DNA of 64,000 bases from Eledone cirrhosa (taxonomy: Eukaryota): positions 365,428,001 to 365,492,000 of the forward strand of contig OZ024740.1 in assembly GCA_964016885.1 (NCBI GenBank), written 5' to 3'. Made by a program: the position numbers and the translations under genes. The notes beneath the pieces are model-generated. The model had not been told where the DNA came from, did not search any database, and saw nothing but the letters and a program-made list of their open reading frames with translations. Positions 26,080-40,416 of this stretch are shown one piece after another. Every line of letters starts with the position of its first letter. Positions within the stretch are counted from its first letter, which is position 1.

Positions 26080-27358
26080 TTTCATTTATTAGCCACAAGG
26101 GCCGACATGTAGGGGACAATACAAAGACAGGGACAGTGGGGGTTTACAATAAGGTCGAGTAAAAGTGCACAATGGCAAGACTAATTTAACAATGAAAATA
26201 TAAAATATAAAATAAACTATGCAAAATATAACAAAATAAATTCCCCGATAGGGGGTGGACGACCCTGGGGTGATTCGGGTACCCCACCAATCCTGAACCA
26301 CCCTGCGCTTCTAGGGCACCCAGGAGAGCACCCCTCTCCTCAAGTTAGCCAGCCTATAGGCGCATGGTCAGAGTAGGCCCATTCACACGAGCCATTCTTG
26401 CCACATTCACCCACCTTTTAGCAAATGTACTGGGGGGCAGCACTTCTCTCTCCACCCTCACCCTCCTTTCCAGGTGAAACTTGAAGAAGTTGATGAGGGA
26501 TTGGCCGAAGAGAAAAGTGTCTGTCTTTAGTCCTTTCAACCTGGTCCACCATATAATCTCTTTCGCAACTGCCACCAGACAGAGGAAAATGTCCTGCTCT
26601 TCCTGACCTAAGGAAGGTGGCGGCTCGATCTTCACTATGGACTCGGCCGATAACTGGATTCGTTCCACACGCGACAGTAGCTGTTCGACATAACTCCACA
26701 AGTCAGTAATGCACGGACATTGGACAAGTGCGTGCAGAACGGTTTCGTCGTTCTGTGCGCATCTTGGGCAGGTCCGTCTGACAGCACTTCCGTGCCTGTA
26801 GAGTTTATCCCGAACCGGCAGTACCCCCCGGTAACACTGCCAAGCGAGGGATTTCTGGAAATTGTCCATCGTCCCCGGCTCAAAAGTCCTCCGGTACAGA
26901 CTGGTCAGTTCGACTTCGTCGAGGCCCAAAGCTTCTCCGAGTGCGTCATCGCACTTGCCCACCACTAATCCTCTATAAAACTCGAGAGTGGAAGTTCCAC
27001 TGATCGCATTGCCCGCTTGGTAGAGGGCAGTGAGTGCCTGGCAACATTCCAGGTGCCAGTCACCCAGTCTCGGTCTCTTCTTGACCCAGGACTGCAGCTC
27101 AGTCAAAGAAATGAGCTGCGGAAAGGCCCGTCTGATAAACGGCGACCACACCTGTTCACCATTGAGGCAGAATATCTGGAGATGTCGCAGCCTCAACGCA
27201 TGTCTGCGCATCATTAGCCACAGCATGCCCAGCCCTCCGTGTAGAGGGTGCTGGCAGCAGATGGACCGCCTCACCAACGGAACTTGTCGCCTCCACAAGA
27301 ATTTGAAGAGGAGCCGTTCCAACTTGACGAGGCGCGGACGGGGGCAAGGCACGACGGT
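26078..27358 (-). mobile_element. Tx1-like LINE copy C (5'-truncated; 332-aa open C-terminus)
   Basis: ORF 26354-27352 is homologous to copy A (GGLGM, LPVRDKL, CPRC..ETVLHALVQCP). (AAT)n on both sides. Confidence 0.88.
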
Positions 27359-27382
27359 TAATAATAATAATAATGATAATAA

Positions 27383-27565
27383 TTGCTTCTACTTTTGACA
27401 CAGGGCCAGCAATTATCCCAGTGTATTACTGGTAATTTATTTTATCGACCCCGTAAGGATGAAAGGAAAAGTTAACCTCGGCGTGATTTGAACTCAAACC
27501 TTAAAGGGCCGTAACTCTATGTTGCAAAGCATGGCATCCGACCCTCTACAGATACTGCCAATCCA
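27383..27565 (-). mobile_element. SINE family 1 copy inside an (AAT)n tract
   Basis: Reverse complement of the consensus, with AAT repeats on both flanks. Confidence 0.85.
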
Positions 27566-27624
27566 AAATAATAATAATTTTATTAGCCACGCAGGGCCTA
27601 CATTAAGGAAACATTAAGGACGGT

Positions 27625-29740
27625 ATTGGAGCAGAAAGTTGTCAAGGCATTTATCGAGAGATTTGATAGCGGTAGGTTTTTACTCTGGAGTCTTAGTTTT
27701 ATCGCTTTGGCATATTGACTAAATGTTTGCAATTTGTAGTATATTTTCATCTATCTCTGGCCACCATACTGTCTGTCAGGACAACGATTTTATCTTCTCA
27801 ACATCAAGATGGTAGGAATGAAGACCTTCAAGTACCAGTTTACGCAATGCACGCGGAATAGTAATGTTGTCATTCAGGTAAAGGATACCACCGGGGTTAC
27901 TGAAATATCTTCTCTTCTCTAAAAGCCTAGAAATTTTCTTCTTCAATCGAAGTTCCAACCCGTTTTCAAAGCTTTCATAAACCTATCATAATATTTTCTG
28001 GTTTCACGACGAAGATCAACACGCTGAATTAGAAGTGGCTGCGTCAAAAGCATCTTGAACTCTTCTTGTGGAGGATCCATATTTGAATATCGCGATAAAA
28101 AATCAGAATGGGTTATATTTTTGCCATTTCTATGAACGATATTATATTTATTATGTATCGAGCGCAACAGCATATCTTTGCACCATGACAGTCGAACTCT
28201 GCCAAGGAGTTATCAGGACTGGAAATAAACGTAAGAGCTTGAAGGTCGGTAGTAATGGTTAACTAAACGTTAAAAAGTAACTCATTTAATCGCGTTACAA
28301 CCCAGTATACAGCTATCACCTCCAGCATCGTTTGAGCGTACCATTTTTCGGTTGATGTCAGATGCTGAGGTATACGCATTACTGGATGCCCATCCTGTTC
28401 TAGGACTGCACTGATACTTTGTTCGGAGGCATCCGTTATGATATTTTTGTCTTCACTTTCATGGAAAACGGTTTAATCACGGCACCGGAGGCCAAAAACG
28501 AAAGAAGTTCTCGTAGACTTTTCTCTTGTTCACTCTTCCATTGGAATTTCGTCATGGGTTGTAGTTGAAATAATGGGTTGTTTTGCTTGAAAAATTAGGG
28601 ATGAAACATGAGAAGTATTGTAGAGCTCCAAGAACTGATCGCAATTCCGCAAAATTACGAGATTTTGCTTACAACAAGGGTTTCATGCAGGAAGCATCCA
28701 GTCGAATTCCGCGACCATCAACGGCAAAGCCAAGAACGCTAACTTCCGTCTTCATCAATTGGTACTTAGATGCATTTATTCGGACATTCTTTTCAACGAA
28801 TCGCCTAAGTATCTCTTTTAGGTTTGCTTGATAGTTTCACTTGTCCTTGGAAAAGACGATATGTCATACTGGTAAGAAATGACACCTGAAATACCCTTTG
28901 TGATATCATTGATTGCTATTTGAAATATTACTGATGATGCTGATAATCCAAACGGTAAGAAATTGAACCGAAATAACAAAAAAAGGTGTATTTATGGTTG
29001 TCAGCTGACTTGAATCCTAATCCAACAACAGTTGCAAGAATGCATTCCTCATATCTATAGTCGAGAATATGGTGGATGAATTCATTTTATCTAATGTATC
29101 TTCCGGCTCTTCTGCTGTACATCAGTGATTCTGGAAAACCTTATTAACGGTGATTCTGTAATCACCACAGATCCTAGGAGTCATATCATCAACCTTGATT
29201 GGTGTTGTCCATTGAGATGTATTTACAGGGTTTAGAATGCTTTGCTCAACTATCTTGTATAATTCATGCTTAACCGCGTCTCTCAAACCATATGAGACCA
29301 CGTGCCTTTAAGTTCTCCGCTTACATCAAGGTGGAGTTTTGGAATTTTCATTGGATTTTGAACAACGATCTTGAATGTCAGAAATGTATTGAGTGGAAAA
29401 GGTTAAATAAATATTCAAGGCTTTCATGAAGTCGAGGCCAAGAATTGAGTAGCCAAATTTAGATACTTGAAAGTGACAAGTTTGCAACTGGTTATGCAAG
29501 TTGTAAATAGGAATGCTAGTCTGTTACACCAGCTTTACCTTGTGTCCAGTCTCACTGAAAATGTTGACAACAGTTGAATGTATTTCTGCTTGAGAATAAA
29601 ACTTATTTACGGAACTCAGGGTTACCAGCAATTCTACGCTCTCTCGTCAATGATGAAATCATGCTTTCTATTTGTACTTGACTTGAATGTCTGCACAATA
29701 TGCCTTGAGCTTATGGTTTCTAAAATGACTGAATGGCGGT
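27625..29740 (-). mobile_element. Decayed Ty3/Gypsy gag-pol relic without LTRs
   Basis: Minus frames show PRICGDYRITVN, FSTIDMRNAFLQ, FNFLPFGLS, ITDAS (RNase H) and H..H...WWPEID (integrase zinc-binding region). Confidence 0.8.
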
Positions 29741-30450
29741 CAACACTTAGTTTAATTTTCTCTAGCGCTACTTCTTTACTAAACCTTATCGATTCTACTC
29801 TAATCGTCCTTGTTGCTGATTACTGCCCCCGTTAACGTCCGCTTAACTAATTCACTAATCTGGTCTTTTCACACCGGAAAGGGCGCTTTCAGCTTCCAGT
29901 ATCCGGGTCCCTATCTATGAAATCTGTCCAAGTCGACTGTGCAGATCACACATTTGCGGTCTGTATAGTCGACTGCTTTGAATTGTTTCGGCTTCAGCGG
30001 ATGTTGCTGTTGCTGTTCTAGCCTCTGTCCTTCTGCTGGTGTTACTGTGGTGTTTTAAGTTCTTGTGTATTATATTGGGATGTTTAGAATAGGTTGGATG
30101 TTGGATTTACTTCTTCGCTAGTATTGGTGTTGGTGGAGGGGATGGTGTTGGTGTTGGTGTTGGTGTTGTTGTTGTTGTTGGATTTGGATGTGTTGGTACC
30201 GCTATAGTTTCTGTTGATGGTACAGTGGTTGTTTTTGTTGATGCTGCAGTTGTGGTGTTGGCAGCAACGCAGCTTTTCGTTGTGTGTATGTGGAGGGGGG
30301 GGGGCAAGTACCCTTTAGGTGGTTTGTGCTCCCACAAGTGTGTGGTTGGCTGGCTGGTAGCAATAGTAAACCGTTATATATCCACGCTGTGTTGTCTAGA
30401 CGAAGAGGCAGAGGACTGAGTGAGTTAAGACAACAGGACATCCTATTTAT
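29741..30450 (-). mobile_element. Tx1/L1-type LINE 5' fragment (Pro/Thr-rich ORF1 remnant plus endonuclease C-terminus)
   Basis: Minus frame DYTDRKCVICTVDLDRFHR*GPGYWKL resembles the SDH...GxGYWKLN motif of L1/Tx1 APE domains. Confidence 0.6.
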
Positions 30451-31164
30451 AATGACCGCTAGTTATTTTATTGATAGATAACAGATGGCCCTAGAATATA
30501 TTATTCTTCCTACGACTGGTACCGTAAATCCAACCATCAGGAAAATATATCTATTGTCTTCTCTGCGAGTCGCAGGTCACTTACTTGGTGGCCGTAAGGG
30601 AAAAGAAAACACCGTGGGGAAACATTTATTTTACTACAATTCCAGGTAGAACCCTAGACAAAACCCTTCATTACTTTGTTGCCTCACGGGCATTGAAAGT
30701 GTCCCTCCCTCAAAACAATAATAATTAAAATAAAATCAATAAATAATCACAAACTTTCCTTTCTTTTTTATAGTTATTAATATGTACGAAATGTTGCCAA
30801 CCGTTTGATATTTCTTAGTTGTAGAGGAAGGGGAAAATTGCCTCAATTGTAACAATGAAATTGATCGAATAAAAGAGAGTTTCTCATGTTGAATGCAAAT
30901 ATCTGTTTCACCTAAAAGCAGAGTTCAACAACTACATTTGATTCGCACTGAAGCATAACAATAGAGTTTGATTTGTTGATTACGAAAGGAAGCTACCGCA
31001 CGATGTATCTTCGTCGTGACGGAAATCAGAATAACTAAGTAAGCGATTTAAACCGGATGTCAAGCAGAGGCTATACCGTATTGATGTTGACAGTCGAACG
31101 AATAAATAGTGGAATACCAGATCAATGGAGATCTGGAACAACAACGACGACAATTTTTTCTTTT

Positions 31165-31218
<54 letters not shown>

Positions 31219-31220
<2 letters not shown>

Positions 31221-31306
31221 TTTCTTTATTGGCCACAAGGGCTGAAATCAAGAAAAACATTACAGACGGCACAGGACGGTACGATGTGGGTTTTGTGCGT
31301 GTAAAT
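31219..31306 (-). mobile_element. Tx1-like LINE copy D (terminal ~88 bp only) inside (AAT)n
   Basis: Nearly identical to 21036-21125. (AAT)n at 31167-31218 and 31304-31327. Confidence 0.85.
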
Positions 31307-31414
31307 AATAATAATAATAATAATAACAATTAAATCCCACTCTGACATATTTTTGTTTCTGTTTTTGTACGGTCATTGTTTGTTAGTAAGAGAAACTAAG
31401 GGAGAGGTATAGGA

Positions 31415-32220
<806 letters not shown>

Positions 32221-32470
32221 TTGAGTTTTGGTTTGTTAATTAACTTTGATGGGGAATGTTATAAAGCCCTCAATAACTTTGCCTGAACAGATCTATTTTG
32301 GTGGATGTTTCGAGGCTATTTCCTGAAAAACTACCAAATTAACGATGCTTGTCATAATTCATTTAACCAATAATAATTATACACATATTTTTCTATTTAT
32401 TCTCTTTCCCTTGTTTCTTTTATTTCCATATATATATATCAGCTTATCTATTTACCTATCTATCTGTGCA

Positions 32471-32529
<59 letters not shown>

Positions 32530-32577
32530 GACGTAAAATAAAAAAATTATAAAAATTAACTTACTTACTGAAATTTC

Positions 32578-32660
32578 ACTCCAACTAATTAGTTTCTGAA
32601 AGGGAATAAACATGGTTTCCGAATGGAACACATGGAGAAAGCCTTTCGTCATCAGGAAGT
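32578..32660 (-). ncRNA. Type-I hammerhead ribozyme motif
   Basis: Reverse-complement copy of 33387-33469. Confidence 0.7.
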
Positions 32661-33386
32661 CTATTCTCAGCTAATTTCCCAGGCGATGCGTGGACACAGG
32701 GAACTTATACAAAAATAATTCAGTGGATGGAAAAAAGCAAGCGTGGACTAAATTCCAAGACATTGAAAAAATCACTGCCTACTTGGTCGGTGGCAAATTC
32801 AAAAGAATCAATCACGTGACATCGAGGTTAATCAGTGAGGAGTGGGTTGTTAAGAAGACAGTAGCCGAACTAATACTATGAACTATAGTAGCAGTTTTGG
32901 CAAATTTTTGCTCAACAAAATAATTTGGAGATAATTATAAAGAATTAGATTATCTACCAACATATATATACAGATGCATACCTATGCTAGCAAATATATA
33001 GGTTTTGTCTTAGTAACTTTGTGGTTCAATGCAAGGGGATGCAGAACAATTATATGAAAGACGTAAAATAAGAAAATTATAAAAATTAACTTACTAAAAT
33101 TTCACTCCAACTAATTAGTTTCTGAAAGGGAATAAACATGGTTTATTCCAAAACTGCTACTATAGTTCAAAGTATTAGTTCGGCTACTGTCTTCTTAACA
33201 ACCCACTCCTCACTGATTAATCTCGATGTCACGTGATGATTCTTTTGAATTTGCCACCGACCAAGCAGGCAGTGATTTTTTCAATGTCTTGGAATTTAGT
33301 CCACGCGTGCTTTTTTCCATCCACTGAATTATTTTTGTATAAGTTCCCTGTGTCCACGCATCGTCTGGGAAATTAGCTGAGAATAG

Positions 33387-33469
33387 ACTTCCTGATGACG
33401 AAAGGCTTTCTCCATGTGTTCCATTCGGAAACCATGTTTATTCCCTTTCAGAAACTAATTAGTTGGAGT
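33387..33469 (+). ncRNA. Type-I hammerhead ribozyme motif with long stem II
   Basis: acttc-CTGATGA-c gaaagg...cctttc a-GAAA-ctaattag-TT-ggagt. Stem I acttc/ggagt; palindromic stem III actaattagt. Confidence 0.72.
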
Positions 33470-33634
33470 GAAATTTTAGTAAGTAAGTTAATTTTTATAA
33501 TTTTCTTATTTTACGTCTTTCATATAATTGTTCTGCATCCCCTTGCATTGAACCACAAAGTTACTAAGACAAAACCTATATATTTGCTAGCACAGGTATG
33601 CATCTGTATATATATGTTGGTAGATATACTAATT

Positions 33635-33712
<78 letters not shown>

Positions 33713-33904
33713 TTATTTATATTCGATCGACTTTCGTCTAATAAGACCGAGGAAACAATGTTTCCATTGGTCTTTCCAATTGCTAATACTATCTATTGGT
33801 CGCAACTCCAGGTAGAAGGAGCAACGTGAAATAAAGTGTCTTGCTCAAGGACAACGGACGGCCCGGTCCGTAAATCGAACTCACATGGCCAATATGTGTA
33901 TATA

Positions 33905-34805
<901 letters not shown>

Positions 34806-34957
34806 CATATATATATACATATATATATACATATATACACACATATATATATATATATATACATATATATATACATATATATATATACATATATATACAT
34901 ATATATATATATACATATATATATACATATATATATATACATATATATATATTTATG

Positions 34958-35001
<44 letters not shown>

Positions 35002-36225
35002 CAAATAAATAATCGAGAATCGGAATCTCGGCTCACGAAATCACGAAACACAATCTTCGAAATGTGTGGCAGAGGGCTCAATAGTTTGGGTAAACCAGAG
35101 CTATAACTATCGTTAAAATACCAACACATAGAGACAATGCTTAAAATCATTCGCACAGCCGAAAAAAACGACCAGGAAAATTCGGGTCACACAAATAATA
35201 AATTAATAAATTAATAAATTAAATGATATATATATATATATATATAAAAGACGTAAAATAAGAAAATTATAGTAATTAACTTACAGGCACCTGGGCCCGT
35301 GTTGGTGCGTGTGGGCTTGCAACGATGTGGGTTGACATACACGCATATGTACTCTATGCCGAATTAAAAACTGTAGTCCTCTGCATTTCCGGATTTTGAC
35401 ACTCAGGTTATGGTGTTTTACACTCCACTCTTGCCTCATTTGCTCTTAAAACGCACCACCCCATGATAGCGTAAAGATCGCAATCCTTTGCATTTCCCGA
35501 TTCTGACACATATCCTTTATACTTCAGTCAATATTTTCCAAATCTTTCAAACTTTAATATTGGCTATAACACACACGCACTTTATTCTTCTTTGATATTT
35601 GATATTGACTATAACAAACACGCACTTTATTCTATTTTATTCATTTATTTATTTTTTTTTACTTCTTCATTTTATTGGATTGTACCTTATTATTTTATTA
35701 TTTATTTTATCTTATTTTTTTATATTTTTTTATATTTTTTTATATTTTTTTATATTTTTTTATATTTTTTTATATTTTTTTATATTTTATTTCTTCATTT
35801 TACCTTATCTGATTCCATTATCTGTTTGGCACCCCCACCACGTGAAAGGGTGGTGGGATTGGTGCCAACCCACACACACTCATTCTTCTAAAGACAGCAG
35901 CAGTAGAACTAAGGCTGACCTGCTAGCTGACCCCCTAACACCAATAAACACAAGGGAGGAGGTCAGCCGTACTTAACAAAAACAACCACAACAGATTGTC
36001 TTGCCTCAGAAAAAAATTTCTATAGACTTTTGACTGAGGAATGTTCTCACAACTGACCAATGGGAGGAGAGAGTGTCCTATGATGCCGAAACTCGTTTGT
36101 TCGAATTCATATGATTCCAGTTCCTCAGAGAAATAACAACTCAACCAGGAGCTGGACATATCGGAGTATTGACGGAGTAAAACACTTTAACAACATGTGT
36201 ACCTGTCTCTACCAAACCAATTCGA

Positions 36226-36280
36226 ACTGCCTGAAGAGGTCACAGCCAATGATGGCTGTCACCGAAATATATATAGCAGT
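36226..36280 (+). ncRNA. Minimal type-I hammerhead ribozyme
   Basis: actgc-CTGAAGA-ggt(c)acagcca atga tggctgt(c)acc-GAAA-tatata-TA-gcagt. All core nucleotides and all three stems are present. Confidence 0.85.
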
Positions 36281-36429
36281 ACATCTTTAATAAACGAAGC
36301 CAAATCTTAAATATTTGACTTAATTACTTTATTTTACATTACTCCGGAGTAACTAAACCAACCTGCGTACTTCGTCAAGTGCTCCAATCTGCATACTGAG
36401 GTGTCGGTAAACAACCAACATATACTCAA

Positions 36430-36747
<318 letters not shown>

Positions 36748-36765
36748 ATATATATATATATATAC

Positions 36766-36818
<53 letters not shown>

Positions 36819-36956
36819 AAAGTTAAACAAGGTTCAATTAATAATCAAAGAATAAAGTTTTACAATAGATTAGATGCACTCCACAACAATGGTTTTCCGG
36901 AGTTATTAATATTAATTCAAAATATTAACAAAAATAGAGATTCGTGTGATCAAGTA

Positions 36957-37015
36957 TATTTTATTATACATATTTCAGAGCTATCTTCAACAGTACGTCC
37001 TCATCAGATAAAATA
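36957..37015 (-). ncRNA. Minimal hammerhead ribozyme motif
   Basis: tattttat-CTGATGA-gga...tct-GAAA-tatgta-TA-ataaaata, with an 8-bp stem I. Confidence 0.65.
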
Positions 37016-37741
37016 AGATGATGCATGGCATACCTTGGCTAAGTAGATGGTTAAAATTCAGTCATGGCAATGAATAAGATAGGACAAAACTCAATATTTA
37101 TATACCTTAAGATTGAGACATGAACAAATTACATATAATACAGAGGGTGCGTGTGAGAAAGCTTATAAAGATACATAATAATAAACAACTACTAATATAA
37201 TATAAACTACTAATATAATATAACTGTTAGAAATTTAAATAATTTAAATTATTGAAGAAAGAAGAAGTGAAAGACAGAGAGAGAAAGAGATGAGGAAAAA
37301 GAGAGTTACTAGAAGTATAGAAATATCTTATGCACGAAGGCAAAAGAAAATTGATTAAGGATAGAGAGACGAGGATAAAATAATTTTTATAGTATAAAGC
37401 ATAGGGAGGGAGATTTGTATTGTCGTGGATAAATAGCGTATAATTAGATGATGAAAAAATATATATATAAATAAATATATATTTGGGCATAGCTTTGTGA
37501 ATGAATAATTTCGAATCGTTAAATTATCTAGAAATAATCAATCAATCAAATATCAAATATATCTGGGTGTAGTTATAAGAGGGTTTATTTTCGAGTCCTT
37601 AAGTTAATTAGAAATAGTCAATTAATCAATTATATATATCCCAGCGCATCCGGATGACCGTTAAATTTCGAATCTTTATGTTAATTAGAAATAGTGAATT
37701 AATCTAAAGGCATAATATTTCTGACTATAAAATTTATAAGT

Positions 37742-39460
37742 ATTTATATTATAGTATAATATCATATTTAAAGTATTTGCAAACATGAGAAAGAAGAGAC
37801 TTAATATTTTTTTCATCCCGAAGGTAATCCCAATTAAATTATATTAAAATTTTTTTTTTTATATTAAAGAGATTTTATATTAAAAAATCATTATATAAAA
37901 TTAGAATGTCCTTAAGTATCCAAAGGCCATATAAGTATACTTAAAAAGGATATTATTAAACTAGATATACGCATTTATCTAAATTTATCAAAGAGTACAT
38001 TGTTTAAAGTTTAAGACGATATTAGTCAGTTATCTATATATATAAAGCTGTGGTTGTCTGTCTGTCTATCGATTTTTGGCACACATCTCCTCTTAGAATC
38101 TCTGACGGAATTGCACCGAAATTGCTATACTTGTACATTGAGCCCTAGCGAAGACATCGGAAAAAAATATTTCAAATTGACCCACCCTATGTGACGAAAT
38201 CGAATCTAATGTATCGATTTTTGAGCGTAAGTGACGAGTTATTTCCCTTTGTTCTGTTTACATTGAGCGTCTTACGTTCTGTTTACATTTTCTGCGTGCA
38301 AAAATTAAAAAAATTACGCTGGCTTTCTCAGCGTTTAAAATGACATTAACACAATACACGAACAGTTGTCGAGCCAGCAAAATTTTGACCTGCAAAATTC
38401 ATCAGTTCGAACACTAAGCTTCCGTTTTGCTTCATTTCCATTTAAAAGCCTTTTAAAACAATATTTTTACTTGAAAACAAGTCTATTTAAAGACTACGTA
38501 AAACAAGCAAATATTTCGTAAAAAAAAGCAAAAATTATATAAGTTTATTTAAAATATATGTATCTGTAAATTTCGTTAGGCGTGCAGACAGACAGTCGTG
38601 CAGACAGACTTTAAGCCAAAAAAGAAACTTAACATTGTAACTTTAACACAGCTACTGAGCGACCCCCGAGCAACGCCGGGCTTTACTGCTAGTATATAAT
38701 ATAATAAATATAATTACTGTTAATAGTGTTAAAAATAAAGTTTTACGTCAAGTATTATATTTAAAAAAATTTATTCAACTCAGATCATGTAATACATATA
38801 TACTATAAATATACAAATCAAACTTCATGAATCATAAAACACAGATTCAAAATAAATAAATGAATGGTTTGCGATCCTATAAGTGTCAAATATAAAAGCT
38901 ATATAATTTAAAAATACAAGAAAATTTTTAAGGATTTATATTATAGTATAATATCATATTTAAAGTGTCTGCAAACATGAGAAAGAAAAGACTTAAGATT
39001 TTCATCAACCCAAAGGTAATTCAAATTTAATTATATTAAAAATGTTATATTAAAAAATAATCATTATATAATTTAGAAAATATTTAATAATTATAAAACT
39101 AGAATGTCCTTAAGTATCCAAGGCACTTATAAATGTACCTAAAAGGATGTTATTAAACTAGATATACACATTTGTCTAAATACATACAGAATATACTGTT
39201 TAAAGCTTAAGACGATATTAGTGAATTATATACATATAATAAATAATAAATACAATTACTGTTAATAATGTTATAATTGAAGTTTTACATCAAGTTAAGT
39301 GGAAAAAGTTTGTCAACTAGGATCGTGTACGACACATATATCATAAATATATAAATCAAACATCTTGAATCTTAAAACAACATATTCAAAATAAATAAAT
39401 GAATGGTTTACGATTCCTTAATATTGTCAAACGTATAAGCTATATATTTTAAAAAATACA
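37742..39460. repeat. Diverged tandem duplication (unit about 530 bp); first copy interrupted by a Helitron
   Basis: atttatattatagtataatatcatatttaaagt occurs at 37742 and 38934, with colinear similarity afterwards. Confidence 0.8.
38033..38692 (+). mobile_element. Non-autonomous Helitron
   Basis: A|TCTATATATATAAAGC ... cccgagcaacgccggg ... CTAG|T. The empty A|T site is present in the tandem paralog near 39228. Confidence 0.9.
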
Positions 39461-39659
39461 ATAAACCCCGAAAAATTAAATGTATTTAAACAATCAAATG
39501 ATATGCATACTCATCAAAAGATCATGTTAACAGTTTATATGTTTATGTAGAACCCTTAATCCAACATTAATCATATCGTAAATGAATAAAAATTATTAGG
39601 TTTTATAATCTGTTATAGTATCGTTTTACGCACTCAGTTGATAAGAAACGTCAAAATCA

Positions 39660-40236
39660 AAACTTATTTATTCAATGTTTTTTCCTGACTTTTTGTGAGG
39701 CTTGGAATGTAGAAGAAGCTTTATGTAAGCAATTTGAGAATAATTCACTTTTTTTGTTAATTAAATTATCGTAATTATTAATTATTAATAGGGTCTCCAT
39801 AGTACAAAGATTGCAGTTAGGTGATATTGAAGAATTCAAGTAGATCATTACACAGCTTGGACCAAGAAATCGAGTATTTTAAATTTTTGTCTTTTAATGA
39901 CCATATAAGTTGTGATAAAGAGGTCGAAAGTTTCCTATTAGGATTTGAGAAAGAATATTTGTGATTCGAAAATTTTAATTTAAATGTCGATGAAGTTACA
40001 CCAATATAGTTGTATGTGATGTTATTTGCTTTTACGGTGCATTTATCGACCAGATTGCTATCCAGACAATTATTTTGCAGAGGGCAATTTGATCTATTTC
40101 TACAATTACATTTCGATTTATTGTTATTACTATAAATTGAACAATTGACATTAACATTGCCAGTACTTGGACGTGTTCTATTGATAGTGCTTAGATTAAT
40201 GTTATAATCAAAGTGTGAATACATTTTTGGTACACA

Positions 40237-40239
<3 letters not shown>
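39660..40239 (-). mobile_element. Penelope-like element GIY-YIG fragment (tentatively Nematis-type)
   Basis: CNCRNRSNCPLQNNCL...YIGVTSSTFKLKFSNHKYSF...STSLSQLIWSLKD. Confidence 0.8.
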
Positions 40240-40308
<69 letters not shown>

Positions 40309-40416
40309 TGTGTACCAAAAATGTATTCACACTTTGATTACCTGTACAAGAAATATTTATTATAATTCTGTTGAAGTGTATATACATTTTCTGGGAACAG
40401 CCTGTATATATATATG

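Larger units (their letters stand above)
32521..33640. mobile_element. Penelope-type pseudo-LTR unit (about 530 bp), partly tandem plus inverted copy, in (TA)n
   Basis: tatatgaaagacgtaaaata recurs at 32521 and 33051. Region 33147-33640 is the reverse complement of the unit. Each orientation carries a hammerhead. Confidence 0.7.

Noticed and set aside
24509-27575. Repeat-spacer-like alternation reminiscent of a CRISPR array
   Set aside because: The repeats are simple (AAT)n of variable length, the spacers are retroelement fragments, the context is eukaryotic and there are no cas genes.
30380-30455. TATA plus TCAGT motif on the minus strand suggesting a viral or Polinton promoter
   Set aside because: Downstream sequence contains an L1/Tx1 endonuclease-end motif and no viral hallmark genes. 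It is better explained as a LINE 5' region or chance.
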